Assembly (NCBI GenBank): GCA_050946275.1
Contig: JBMNUM010000007.1
Span: 21,779-85,778 of the forward strand
Direction of reading: 5' to 3'
Source: Coriobacteriales bacterium
GTDB lineage: Bacteria > Actinomycetota > Coriobacteriia > Coriobacteriales > CADBOM01
Length of the DNA: 64,000 nucleotides
Position numbers and translations under genes: made by a program. This document shows, one piece after another, positions 30,352 to 40,264 of this stretch (within the stretch, counting starts at the first letter, position 1; every line of letters begins with the position of its first letter). The notes beneath the pieces are model-generated. The model did no database searches, was not told the origin of the DNA, and saw only the letters and a list, made by a program, of their open reading frames with translations.

Positions 30352-31710
30352 GTGCTGCTCTTCGCTAGATATGTCATACCGGTCTCGTCGCCGCATATCG
30401 AAAACGGCGCCGTGCTCGTTCGCGACAACAAGATCGTCGAGGTCGGCGATGCGAACACCCTGCGCACGAGGTATCCGGATGAGGAGAAGCGAGACTTCGG
30501 CATCGCCGCCCTCCTGCCCGGCTTCATCGACATGCACACGCATCTCGAGTATTCCGCCCTGCGCGGTCTCATGTACGACATGCCCTATGCGGCATGGAAG
30601 CTGCAGCTGACGAGGAAGGCCCAGCGCTTCGCCTACCGCGATTGGATGGACTCGGCGCTGCTCGGCGCGCTCGAGGCCGTTCGCTCCGGCATCACGACCG
30701 TCGTGGACGTGACGTCGACCGGCGCCTCGTTCCATGCCGCCCAGGATATCGGGCTGCGCTCGATCATCTACCGCGAGGTTGGCACGACGGAGCAGTCCGA
30801 GATCCCCTATGTCCTCCAGACGGCTTATCGCGATGTCGATATGTGGCGCGAGCGCTCCGACCCCGACATGACGACGATCGGCATCGCCCCCTACTCGCTG
30901 TACACCTGCCACCCGCGCATCTTCAGCGAGCTGGCCGAGTACGCCTCGGATGGCACGATGGTCGCCATCCATCTCGCCGGCAGCAAGGAGGAGTACGAGT
31001 TCGTCCGCAACGGCAAGCCCGCGTTCTCCCTATACGAGGATCCCGCGGAGCGCAATTTCGAGACGCATCAGCCCGCCTGGCTCGCCACGGGCGTGAGTCC
31101 CGTCCAGTACATCTTGAACTGGAGGCTGCTCAACGTCCCCAACGTCCTCGCGATTCATTGCACCCAGGTGGATGACCGCGATATCGCGACGTTGGCTGAC
31201 CATGACGTGGCCATCGCCGTCTGCCCGCGCTGCAACGCGAAGCTCGGCATGGGCGTGGCCCCGATCCTTAAGTTCCTCAAGGCCGGCATCAGGGTCGGAA
31301 TCGGCACGGATTCCCCGGCGGCATCGGACGTCACGGACCCATTCGACGAGATGCGACTCGCGCTGCTCATGCAGCGTGCCGTCAGCGGTCGTCGCAGCGA
31401 GTTCCTCAAGACATCCCAGGCGCTCGGCTTCTCCACGCTCGACGCTGCCCGGGCCCTGCGCATGGAGGACAAGATCGGCTCGCTCGAGTCCGGCAAAGCG
31501 GCCGACATCATCGCGGTCGATCTGTCGAACTCGCATCAGGTGCCGACCCACGATCCCACCTCTGCGATCGTGCACACGGCGACGCAGGAGAACATCCTGA
31601 TGACCATGGTGAACGGCAACATCCTCTACGACGGGGGCCATGTTCACAGCGTCGACGTCGAGCGTGTGTTCGACCGCGTCGAGGAAATGAGAGTCAAGCT
31701 GCGCAACTAG
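30352..31710 (+). CDS. Amidohydrolase (MtaD/SAH-deaminase-like)
   Basis: PGFIDMHTH, AIHC, GIGTDS, IGSLESGKAADII; GTG start. Confidence 0.85.
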   Translation: MLLFARYVIPVSSPHIENGAVLVRDNKIVEVGDANTLRTRYPDEEKRDFGIAALLPGFIDMHTHLEYSALRGLMYDMPYAAWKLQLTRKAQRFAYRDWMDSALLGALEAVRSGITTVVDVTSTGASFHAAQDIGLRSIIYREVGTTEQSEIPYVLQTAYRDVDMWRERSDPDMTTIGIAPYSLYTCHPRIFSELAEYASDGTMVAIHLAGSKEEYEFVRNGKPAFSLYEDPAERNFETHQPAWLATGVSPVQYILNWRLLNVPNVLAIHCTQVDDRDIATLADHDVAIAVCPRCNAKLGMGVAPILKFLKAGIRVGIGTDSPAASDVTDPFDEMRLALLMQRAVSGRRSEFLKTSQALGFSTLDAARALRMEDKIGSLESGKAADIIAVDLSNSHQVPTHDPTSAIVHTATQENILMTMVNGNILYDGGHVHSVDVERVFDRVEEMRVKLRN

Positions 31711-31743
31711 CACGCGCGTGGAAACGAGAGAGGTGTTCCAACC

Positions 31744-32154
31744 TTGAGCCAGAAGAAGAAAACCAGCTCGAAGAACCGCAGCTCCCACGAGAAGCGCGTT
31801 TCCAAGTCGACGCCGAAGTCGAGCGCCGAGAAGGAAGCCGCGCTTGCCGCGGAGCGCGAGAAACGCGAGAAGACGAAGAAGCGTCAGATGACCTCGTCGA
31901 ACGGGCGCAAGTTCCTCGCCATCTTCTTCTCGGCGCTGCTCATCATCGCGTTCGCGACCCCGAGCGTCGCGGCACTGAACTCGTGCTCGAAGAAGGAGCA
32001 GGCCGAGCAGATGGTCGACCAGGATGGCGATGGCGTGGCCGACGTCGTCGTGGGCGGCGAGGACGCCGAGGGCGCTGACGGGGAAAGCGCCGATGCGGCT
32101 GCTGCGGACGAGGCGGCGACCGAGGATAGTGCGAAGAACGAGGCCGGCGCATAG
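31744..32154 (+). CDS. Single-pass membrane protein of unknown function
   Basis: Basic N-terminus, one TM helix, acidic tail containing DQDGDG; fills the gap upstream of tatB. Confidence 0.65.
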   Translation: MSQKKKTSSKNRSSHEKRVSKSTPKSSAEKEAALAAEREKREKTKKRQMTSSNGRKFLAIFFSALLIIAFATPSVAALNSCSKKEQAEQMVDQDGDGVADVVVGGEDAEGADGESADAAAADEAATEDSAKNEAGA

Positions 32155-32205
32155 CGCGCCGCGCCCCGCGACGGCAACCGACTGCGCCACGAGGAGCTGA
32201 CGGCT

Positions 32206-32673
32206 GTGAATATCGGCCCGGCAGAGCTGCTGGTCATCATATTGTTCGCGTTCATCATCGTGGGACCCGAGCGCCTGCCGAAGGCCGGCAGGGCCATTGG
32301 CAATGCCCTGAGGAAGTTGCGAGACACGCAGGGGCAGATCGACCAGACCCTCAAGGACGAGGGCCTCGACCCCAAGAGCATCCAGGAAGCCTCCCGCAAT
32401 CCCTTCCTCGCCCTCGAGAAGATCGAGAAGGTCGCTAACGCGATTCCCCACGGGGAAGATGAAACCGATGCGGGCGTTGACGATGCGGCCGACGACGGGG
32501 ACTCTTCCAAAGCGGAGAATGGGGAGGAACATAAACCCGCAACCGTCTCCGCCCTCACCGACATGGAGACGTTCACCGAGCGAAAGGCGCGGCTGACAGC
32601 CGAAGCCGAGGCGGGGGAGGCCGCCTCCGGGCAGTCCGGGCAAGCAAGCGAACCGGTGGCCGGCGATGTCTAG
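32206..32673 (+). CDS. tatB: Twin-arginine translocase TatA/TatB-family subunit (TatB-like)
   Basis: NIGPAELLVI...VGPERLP. Confidence 0.8.
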   Translation: MNIGPAELLVIILFAFIIVGPERLPKAGRAIGNALRKLRDTQGQIDQTLKDEGLDPKSIQEASRNPFLALEKIEKVANAIPHGEDETDAGVDDAADDGDSSKAENGEEHKPATVSALTDMETFTERKARLTAEAEAGEAASGQSGQASEPVAGDV

Positions 32674-33460
32674 GAGGAAGAAGAACAAGACGGCGGAGAT
32701 GCCGATTCTCGATCACTTCTCCGAGCTCCGGAGAAGGCTGGTCATCGTCGTCGTGTGCCTGCTCGTCGCGACCGTCGCCATCTACTTCATATCCCCGCAG
32801 CTCATCGAATGGCTCAAGAAGCCCATCTCGCAGTTCCTGCCGGGAACGGGTACCGGCGAGCTGTACGTGCTCGATCCCCTCACCGGCTTCACCCTGCGGT
32901 TCAAGGTGTCGTTCCTGGCATCCGTAATGGTGACGGCCCCCATCTGGATCTGGAACATCCTCGCGTTCTTCCTGCCGGCGCTCAAGCCGCATGAGCGCAA
33001 GTGGGTGCTCCCGACGTTCTTCGTCGGCGTCTTCCTGTTCATCGCCGGCAACATCTTCTGCTACTTCATCATCCTGCGCCCCGCGTTCGAATGGCTGCTC
33101 GGTCAGGTGACTCCCTTCGCGACGGTGTTCCCCGATGCGAGCACGTACGTGAGCGCCATCCTGATGTTCGAGCTGGCGTTCGGCGTGGCCTTCGAGCTGC
33201 CTCTCATCACGTTCTACCTCATCGTCTTCAACATCGTTCCCTACAAGATGCTCCGCAAGAGCTGGCGCGTGGTCTACATCGTGCTCATGGTGTTCTGCGC
33301 CGCCGTGACGCCCGACGCGTCGCCGGTGACGATGCTGCTCCTGTATGCAGCCATGGTCGGTCTCTACGAGATATCCCTGGCTTTGGCGCGTGTCGCGCTG
33401 CGCAAGAGGATAGAGCGTCAGCGCGCGGAAGAGGAGCGGGAGGCTCTCGAGGATGCATGA
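32666..33460 (+). CDS. tatC: Twin-arginine translocase TatC
   Basis: MPILDHFSELRRRL, FELPL, TPDASPVTM. Confidence 0.95.
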   Translation: MSRRKKNKTAEMPILDHFSELRRRLVIVVVCLLVATVAIYFISPQLIEWLKKPISQFLPGTGTGELYVLDPLTGFTLRFKVSFLASVMVTAPIWIWNILAFFLPALKPHERKWVLPTFFVGVFLFIAGNIFCYFIILRPAFEWLLGQVTPFATVFPDASTYVSAILMFELAFGVAFELPLITFYLIVFNIVPYKMLRKSWRVVYIVLMVFCAAVTPDASPVTMLLLYAAMVGLYEISLALARVALRKRIERQRAEEEREALEDA

Positions 33461-33794
33461 GTTCGGGCTGACTCAGGCCGTCGTCGAGACGGCTAGCGCA
33501 TCGGCACGCGAGGCGGGTGCGGCCCGCGTGACCGAGATTCGCCTCACGGTCGGCGAACTCACCCAGGTGGTCGAGGAGGCCATGGACTTCGCTTTTGAGG
33601 TGCTGCGCAGGGGAACGATCTGCGAGGGCGCCCGCCTGACGATCGACTTCATCGCACCCCGCTCGCGCTGTTTGGATTGCGGAATCGAGTTCGCCCATGA
33701 TGCCCTCCATCGCAAATGCCCCGAATGCGAAAGCCCCTTCACGCAGGTGATAGCCGGCAGGGAGCTGGAGATAACGAGCATCGAAGTCGAGTAG
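33453..33794 (+). CDS. hypA: Hydrogenase/urease Ni-insertion protein HypA
   Basis: MHE start, CLDC...CPEC, GREL. Confidence 0.93.
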   Translation: MHEFGLTQAVVETASASAREAGAARVTEIRLTVGELTQVVEEAMDFAFEVLRRGTICEGARLTIDFIAPRSRCLDCGIEFAHDALHRKCPECESPFTQVIAGRELEITSIEVE

Positions 33795-33946
33795 CGGCCC
33801 CCCCACCCCACCCCCGGCTGCCGCATCTCCTATTGACGCGTACATGAGAATCCAGGGCATCGTTCGGCAGAGTTTTCGTTGCGTTGCGGAAAATTGGTAT
33901 ATCCTAGTAATCCGTCTTGACCGCGACCGTACGGGGAGGAGAGAGT

Positions 33947-34609
33947 ATGCAACTGGACATCGGCAAGCCGATTCTCGAGAAGAACGACTCTCTCGCGCAT
34001 GCCAACAGGGAGCTCCTCGACGAGAAGGGCGTGTTCACCGTCAACATGCTCGCGAGTCCCGGTGCGGGCAAGACATCCCTCATCCTCGCAACAGCCGAGG
34101 CCCTGGGGGACGCGTGCCGCATCGCGGTCATCGAAGGCGATGTGGCCAGCCGCATCGATGCCGAGCTCATCAAGGAGGCGGGCATTCCCTGCGTGCAGAT
34201 CAACACGGGCGGCATTTGCCATCTGGAGTCGCAGATGGTCCGCAAGGCGCTCGAGCAGCTCGACCTCGATTCCATCGACCTGCTCTTCATCGAGAACGTC
34301 GGCAACCTCGTCTGCACATCCGATTTCTATCTGGGCGAGCATTGCAGCGTGGTGGTGCTCTCCATCCCAGAGGGGCATGACAAGCCGGTCAAGTACCCGG
34401 CCATCTTCCAGGCCGCCGACGCGGTCGTGCTCGGCAAGGTGGATGCCCTTCCCGTGTTCGCGTTCGACGAGCGCGCGTTCCGCGCATATATGAGCGACCT
34501 CAACCCGCTCGCCCCGATCTTTCCCGTTTCCGCTGTCAAGGGGACGGGTATCGCGGCATGGACGGCGTGGTTGAAGTCGAAGATCGAGATTTTCGGAGGT
34601 ATGGCGTGA
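33947..34609 (+). CDS. hypB: Ni-insertion GTPase HypB
   Basis: SPGAGKT, QINTGGICHL, ENVGNLVC, DKPVKYP. Confidence 0.95.
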   Translation: MQLDIGKPILEKNDSLAHANRELLDEKGVFTVNMLASPGAGKTSLILATAEALGDACRIAVIEGDVASRIDAELIKEAGIPCVQINTGGICHLESQMVRKALEQLDLDSIDLLFIENVGNLVCTSDFYLGEHCSVVVLSIPEGHDKPVKYPAIFQAADAVVLGKVDALPVFAFDERAFRAYMSDLNPLAPIFPVSAVKGTGIAAWTAWLKSKIEIFGGMA

Positions 34610-37116
34610 TACTCGTAGTCACCGAGAAGAACATCGCGGCACAGAAGATCGCCGATTTGCTCGGCGATACCAAACCCGTGTCCGACAAGGTGTACAACAC
34701 CCCGGTGTACCGCTTCAAGCACAACGGCGACGAATGGGTCGCCATCGGCTTGCGCGGCCACATACTCGGCATGGACTTCGTTCCCAAGCTCGAGTACAAG
34801 TCGCGCAAGGGATGGGTCGGCATCGACGACGAGGGCAACGAGATTCCCGCGCCCGGCATCCCCGATAGCCTCGACAAGCCGCCGTTCAAGAAGCGCAAGC
34901 CGTTTTACGAGAACGGCGTGAGCCTCAAGGACTGGAAGGTGCCGGTGCTGCCGTACCTCGTGTACGCCCCGGTGGTCAAGACCCCGGCCGAGAAGGACAT
35001 CATCCGCACGCTCAAGAACCTCGCGAAGAAGGCCGACGAGATCATCATCGCCACGGACTTCGACCGCGAGGGAGAGCTCATCGGCTCCGACGCCGTCCTC
35101 ATGATCGACGAGGTCTCGAACGCGCCCATCACCCGTGCCCGCTATTCGGCGCTCACGAAGGGCGAGATCACCAACGCGTTCGACAACCTCGTAGAGCTCG
35201 ACGTCAACCTGGCGCAGGCGGGAGACTCCCGCCGTCTCATCGACCTCGTCTGGGGCGCCGTGCTCACCCGCTATCTCACCATGGCGAAGTTCAGCGGGTT
35301 CGGCACCGTGCGCTCCGCCGGCCGCGTGCAGACCCCCACGCTCGCGCTCATCGTCGAGCGCGAGAAGGAGCGTCTCGCCTTCGTGCCCGAGGATTACTGG
35401 GTCATCAAGGCCACGTGCGCCGATGGCGACGGGCATTCGTTCTCCACGGGTCACGCGGCCGATCGCTTTGATGATGGGGCGAAGGCCCGGGCTGCGTTCG
35501 ACCGCGTCAAGGACGCGACCGAGGCCCGCGTGACGGGCATCGAGAAGAAGAAGCGCACCGTCCCCGCGCCCGCCCCGTTCAACACGACTTCCCTGCAGGC
35601 GGCCGCCGCGGCGATCGGGCTCACCCCGGCCCGCACGATGAGGCTCGCCGAGTCACTCTACATGAGCGGTTACATCTCGTATCCGCGTGTCGACAACACG
35701 GTGTACCCGAACTCCATCGATTTCGCGGTATCGCTCAAGATGCTCTCCGGCAATCCGGCGTACGCCCCGTACGCGCGCAAGCTCCTCGCCCGGGGCAAGC
35801 TCACGCCGACGCGCGGCAAGACGCAGACGACGGACCACCCGCCCATCCATCCGACCGGATGCGCGAGCTCCGAGAAGCTCAAGGCCGACGAGTGGAAGCT
35901 CTACAACCTTATCGCGCGGCGCTTCATGGCGACGCTCTCCGGCCCGGCGACCATGGAGGCCACGAAGGTCTCGCTGGATGTCAACGGCGAGCCGTTCGTC
36001 TCGCGCGGGGATGTCGTCCTCGTCGAGGGTTTCCGCGAGGTCTATCCCTATGGCGCGAAGAAGGACGAGGATCTGCCGCAGCTTTCCGAAGGCGACGTTC
36101 TCGCATTCTCGGACCCGGAGCTGCTGAAGAAGCAGACCGAGCCCCCGGCGCGCTATTCGCAGGGCAAGCTCATCCAGGAGATGGAGAAGCTCGGTCTCGG
36201 CACGAAGTCGACGCGCCACTCGACGATCGAGCGCCTGCAGGAGGTCAACTACATCCAGAACAACCCGCTCGAGCCCACGCAGCTCGGCATGGCCGTCATC
36301 GATGCGCTCGGGCAGTTCGCGCCCCGCATCGTCTCGCCGGTCATGACGTCCGAGCTCGAGGAGGAGATGAGCGCCATCTCGGTGGGTGAGGAGACGCTCG
36401 GCAACGTCGTGGGCCATTCGCGCGACCTGCTCGACGACGTGATCGAGGTGCTCATCCCGAAGAAGGAGGAGGTGGGCGAGGCTCTTACCGAGGCGGTCAA
36501 CGCCGACGCGAAGGTGGGCACCTGCCCCAAGTGCGGTCACGACCTGCTGTTGAAGAACTCGGCCAAGACTCGTTCCCGGTTCATCGGCTGCTCCAATTGG
36601 CCCGAATGCGACGCGACGTATCCCGTTCCCGAGGGAAGGCTGCGACAGACCGAGGAGCTGTGCCCCGAATGCGGCGGCCCGATGATCACCGTGCAGCCCT
36701 TCCGCTCGAAGCCGAAGAACATGTGCATCGACCCGAACTGCAAATCGAACTACGAGCCGAGCGTCGTCGTCGGCGACTGCAAGGCCTGCGAGCGCCTGGG
36801 CAAGACTTCGCGCCTCATCGCGCAGAAGAACCCCAAGACGCTCAAGCGCTTCATCCGCTGCGAGAACTACGACGAGTGCCAGACAAGCTACCCGCTGCCC
36901 CGCAACGGCAAGATCGAGGCGACGGGCGAGTATTGCGAGCACTGCGATGCCCCGCTCGTCGTCGTGCAGACGCGCCGCGGGCCGTGGAAGCTCTGCCCGA
37001 ACCTCTCGTGCCCGAGCCAGAAGAAGGATGAAGAGAAGAGCTCGTCGGGACGCAAGACGACCCGCAAGTCGACGCGCGGCAAGTCGACGGGCACGCGCAA
37101 GAAGGCCGGCAAGTAG
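34606..37116 (+). CDS. topA: Type IA DNA topoisomerase with four C-terminal Zn ribbons
   Basis: TEK, ATDFDREGE, SAGRVQTPTL, GYISYPR active site, four C4 ribbons, basic tail. Confidence 0.92.
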   Translation: MILVVTEKNIAAQKIADLLGDTKPVSDKVYNTPVYRFKHNGDEWVAIGLRGHILGMDFVPKLEYKSRKGWVGIDDEGNEIPAPGIPDSLDKPPFKKRKPFYENGVSLKDWKVPVLPYLVYAPVVKTPAEKDIIRTLKNLAKKADEIIIATDFDREGELIGSDAVLMIDEVSNAPITRARYSALTKGEITNAFDNLVELDVNLAQAGDSRRLIDLVWGAVLTRYLTMAKFSGFGTVRSAGRVQTPTLALIVEREKERLAFVPEDYWVIKATCADGDGHSFSTGHAADRFDDGAKARAAFDRVKDATEARVTGIEKKKRTVPAPAPFNTTSLQAAAAAIGLTPARTMRLAESLYMSGYISYPRVDNTVYPNSIDFAVSLKMLSGNPAYAPYARKLLARGKLTPTRGKTQTTDHPPIHPTGCASSEKLKADEWKLYNLIARRFMATLSGPATMEATKVSLDVNGEPFVSRGDVVLVEGFREVYPYGAKKDEDLPQLSEGDVLAFSDPELLKKQTEPPARYSQGKLIQEMEKLGLGTKSTRHSTIERLQEVNYIQNNPLEPTQLGMAVIDALGQFAPRIVSPVMTSELEEEMSAISVGEETLGNVVGHSRDLLDDVIEVLIPKKEEVGEALTEAVNADAKVGTCPKCGHDLLLKNSAKTRSRFIGCSNWPECDATYPVPEGRLRQTEELCPECGGPMITVQPFRSKPKNMCIDPNCKSNYEPSVVVGDCKACERLGKTSRLIAQKNPKTLKRFIRCENYDECQTSYPLPRNGKIEATGEYCEHCDAPLVVVQTRRGPWKLCPNLSCPSQKKDEEKSSSGRKTTRKSTRGKSTGTRKKAGK

Positions 37117-37254
37117 CGCGCCGGACCCCGGCGGTCCCGCGCGCCGCATCGCAAGTCCATCGCATATCCCGGATAGCCGACCTTGTGCGGTTATCCGGGC
37201 TTTTACTTGCTACCATAAGATGAGACCGAAACCCAATGCGAAAGGCTGGTTCTC

Positions 37255-38181
37255 ATGGCATATCCCAAGGTCACCATCGTAGGCGCGGGCAACGTGGGCG
37301 CGACTGCCGCCGAGCTCATCCTGTTCAAGAATCTCGCGGACGTCGTCTTGATCGATGTCGTGGAGGGCGTGCCCCAGGGCAAGGCGCTCGACATGATGCA
37401 CATGCGCTCGCTCGCGAAGTTCGGCCCGGTCGTCACCGGAACGAACGACTACGCCGACACGGCGGGTAGCGATGTCGTCGTCATCACGGCCGGCGTGCCG
37501 CGCAAGCCGGGTATGACGCGCGAGGACCTGCTCGACACGAACTCCAAGATCATGCGCTCGGTCATCGAGCAGGTGCAGGCCGCCTCGCCCGATGCCATCA
37601 TCATCTGCGTGACGAACCCGCTCGACGTCATGACGTACCTGGCCAAGCAGATCTCGGGTCTGCCCAAGGAGCGCATCTTCGGCATGGGAGGCGTGCTCGA
37701 CTCGTCGCGCTTCGCCTTCGCCATCCAGCAGACGCTCGATTGCGACATCGCCGACGTCGACGCCATCGTCGTGGGCGCCCATGGACAGGGCATGGTTCCG
37801 CTGCCGAAGCATTCGAGCGTCGCCGGAAAGCCCCTGACGGAGCTGCTCGACGCCGATGCCATCGCCGCTGTTTGCGAACGCACCGTCAACGGCGGCGCCG
37901 AGGTCGTCAACTACCTCAAGACCGGATCGGCGTTCTACGCGCCCGGCGCGTCGATCGCCCGCATGGTCGAGGCCATCCTCACCGACTCGCACGACGTGCT
38001 GAGCGTGTGCGCGTACCTCGAGGGCGAGTACGGCATCGACGACATCTACATGTGCGTTCCGGTCGAGTTGGCTCGCGAGGGCATCGTGCGCGTCGTCGAG
38101 TTCGACCTCGATGACGAGGACAAGGCCCTGCTCGCCGAGTCCGCTGCAAGCATCCGCGCTTCCGTCGAGGCGCTTTCCTAG
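37255..38181 (+). CDS. mdh: Malate dehydrogenase (LDH-like)
   Basis: GAGNVG, RKPGMTREDL (Arg specificity residue of MDH), TNPLD. Confidence 0.93.
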   Translation: MAYPKVTIVGAGNVGATAAELILFKNLADVVLIDVVEGVPQGKALDMMHMRSLAKFGPVVTGTNDYADTAGSDVVVITAGVPRKPGMTREDLLDTNSKIMRSVIEQVQAASPDAIIICVTNPLDVMTYLAKQISGLPKERIFGMGGVLDSSRFAFAIQQTLDCDIADVDAIVVGAHGQGMVPLPKHSSVAGKPLTELLDADAIAAVCERTVNGGAEVVNYLKTGSAFYAPGASIARMVEAILTDSHDVLSVCAYLEGEYGIDDIYMCVPVELAREGIVRVVEFDLDDEDKALLAESAASIRASVEALS

Positions 38182-38199
38182 GCTCGGGAGGCTGGCGCG

Positions 38200-39066
38200 A
38201 TGGACGGCGTGGCATTCAAGGAGCTTACCGCGGCTGGCGTCGCCGCCGCGGTGCGTGCGGCGATTCCGCTCATCGCGACGCGGACGCGCCCCGATTTCAT
38301 GGATGCGCTGCGCGAGGCCGCTGCCCGCGAGACGGGCGAGCGCGCCCGCTCGGTGCTCGCCATGATGCTCGAAAACGATGATATCGCCCGGCGCGACCAC
38401 GTGCCCATCTGCCAGGACACCGGCTCGGTATGGGTGTATCTGGAGGTTGGCTGCGACCAGAGCGTCCCCGGCGACATCTTCTCGCTGGTCGACGATGCCG
38501 TCGCCGATGCATATGCCGACGCGCGCCTCCGCATGAGCATCCTCGCCGATGCGCTCGTGCAGCGCGAGAACACCACCACGAACGCGCCGGCCTTCACCGA
38601 AGTCGGTTTCTCGGGTCGTCCGGGTGCACGGTTGCATGTCATGCTCAAGGGAGGCGGGTCGGATAACGCCTCGCGTGTCGTCATGCTTCCGCCGGGTGCC
38701 GGTTACGAGGGCATCGAGGAGGCCGTCGTCTCGTGCGTGAGGGAGAAGGGTTCTTCCGCTTGCCCGCCGCTGCTCATCGGCATCGGCGTGGGCGCCACGT
38801 TCGACAAGGTGGCGGGTCTCGCCAAGAAGGCGCTCCTCCGCCCCGTGGGCATCGCGTCTTCCGATCCGCGCGTCGCCGAGATCGAGGAGCGCCTCCTGCG
38901 CGCCGTCAACGCGACGGGGGTCGGACCCGCCGGCCTCGGCGGGGACACCACCGCGCTCGCGGTGAACATCAACACCGCACCGTGCCACATCGCCGCCCTC
39001 CCGCTTGCGATCAACATGGGATGCTGCGCCATGCGCTCCATCTCGCTCGAGCTTGAGGAGGCATGA
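38200..39066 (+). CDS. Class I fumarate hydratase alpha subunit (or tartrate dehydratase alpha)
   Basis: PICQDTG, KGGGSDN, ACPP, TGVGPAGLGG, PCHIA. Confidence 0.88.
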   Translation: MDGVAFKELTAAGVAAAVRAAIPLIATRTRPDFMDALREAAARETGERARSVLAMMLENDDIARRDHVPICQDTGSVWVYLEVGCDQSVPGDIFSLVDDAVADAYADARLRMSILADALVQRENTTTNAPAFTEVGFSGRPGARLHVMLKGGGSDNASRVVMLPPGAGYEGIEEAVVSCVREKGSSACPPLLIGIGVGATFDKVAGLAKKALLRPVGIASSDPRVAEIEERLLRAVNATGVGPAGLGGDTTALAVNINTAPCHIAALPLAINMGCCAMRSISLELEEA

Positions 39067-39620
39067 TGGCAGGCGATCAGATCCGCATCCAACTTCCAGC
39101 TGGCAAAGAGGCGCTCGGATCGCTTCGCGCGGGCGACCGCGTGCTGTTGAGCGGCCCCGTCTTCACCATGCGCGATGCCGGTCACATGCGCGCCGTCTCG
39201 TATCTCGACGAGCACGGCGAGCTGCCCTTCGGCCTTGCGGGGCAGACGCTGTTCTACGCTGGCCCCACGCCGGCCTCTGCCGGCAGGCCCCATGGCGCCA
39301 TAGGCCCCACGACCGCTTCCCGCATGGACTTCGCCACGCCCCGCCTGTTCGGCGCGGGCATCGCCGCGACCATCGGCAAGGGCAAGCGCGGCGCCTCGGT
39401 CAAGGAAGCGTGCCGCGAGTTCGGATGCGTGCACTTCACCGCCGTCGGCGGCGTCGCGGCACTGCTGGCCTCGTGCGTGGTCTCGTCGGATCCCGTCGCA
39501 TGGCCGGAGCTCGGCACCGAGGCGCTCGTGAGGCTCGAGCTCGTCGATTTCCCGGCGTTCGTCGGCATCGACGCCCTGGGGACGGACATTTTCGATTCCA
39601 TCGGCTGCGAGGTGTCGTGA
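39063..39620 (+). CDS. Class I fumarate hydratase beta subunit
   Basis: TMRDAGH, GPTTASRMD, IGKG. Confidence 0.88.
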   Translation: MMAGDQIRIQLPAGKEALGSLRAGDRVLLSGPVFTMRDAGHMRAVSYLDEHGELPFGLAGQTLFYAGPTPASAGRPHGAIGPTTASRMDFATPRLFGAGIAATIGKGKRGASVKEACREFGCVHFTAVGGVAALLASCVVSSDPVAWPELGTEALVRLELVDFPAFVGIDALGTDIFDSIGCEVS

Positions 39621-40264
39621 TGGCGCGCCGCGGCCTTTTCATAACCTTCGAGGGAGGCGAGGGCGTGGGCAAGTCCACGCAGATCGCCCGGCTGGCGACG
39701 CGTCTCGGGGAACTCGGGCGCGCGGTCGTCGTTCTGCGCGAGCCGGGATCGACCGCCATCGGCGAGCAGATCAGGAGCGTGCTCCTCGATCCCGCCAACA
39801 CCGACCTCGACGCCCACGCCGAGCTTCTGCTCTATGAGGCGGCCCGGGCCCAGATGGTCGGGCAGATCGTCATGCCGGCCCTCGAGCGCGGCGATGTCGT
39901 CCTCTGCGATCGCTTCAACGACTCGACGATGGCCTACCAGGGTGTTGCCCGGGGGCTCGGCGAGGGAACGGTCGCCCAAGTCGACGAGGTGGCTTGCCGG
40001 GGCATCGTTCCCGATAGGACGATTCTGCTCGTGAACGATACCGCCGAATCGCTCGAGCGTGCTCGACGGGCGGGGGGAGCCGACCGCATCGAGGGCGAGT
40101 CGGTCGAGTTTCACGCAAAGGTCCACCGTGCGTTCGAGGATATCGCCGACCGCGACCCCGCCCGGGTGCGGCGCGTCGCGATGGTTCCCGGCGACATCGA
40201 CGCCACCGCGGAGGCGGTGTTCGGGCAAGTTGCCGATCTGTTCGGGGAAGGTGGGGCGCGATGA
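39620..40264 (+). CDS. tmk: Thymidylate kinase
   Basis: FITFEGGEGVGKSTQ, REPG, DRFNDSTMAYQG. Confidence 0.95.
   Translation: MARRGLFITFEGGEGVGKSTQIARLATRLGELGRAVVVLREPGSTAIGEQIRSVLLDPANTDLDAHAELLLYEAARAQMVGQIVMPALERGDVVLCDRFNDSTMAYQGVARGLGEGTVAQVDEVACRGIVPDRTILLVNDTAESLERARRAGGADRIEGESVEFHAKVHRAFEDIADRDPARVRRVAMVPGDIDATAEAVFGQVADLFGEGGAR

Noticed and set aside
33795-33824. C-rich hairpin between hypA and hypB (possible G-quadruplex on the minus strand)
   Set aside because: Short and explained by local GC bias or a weak terminator; no other support.
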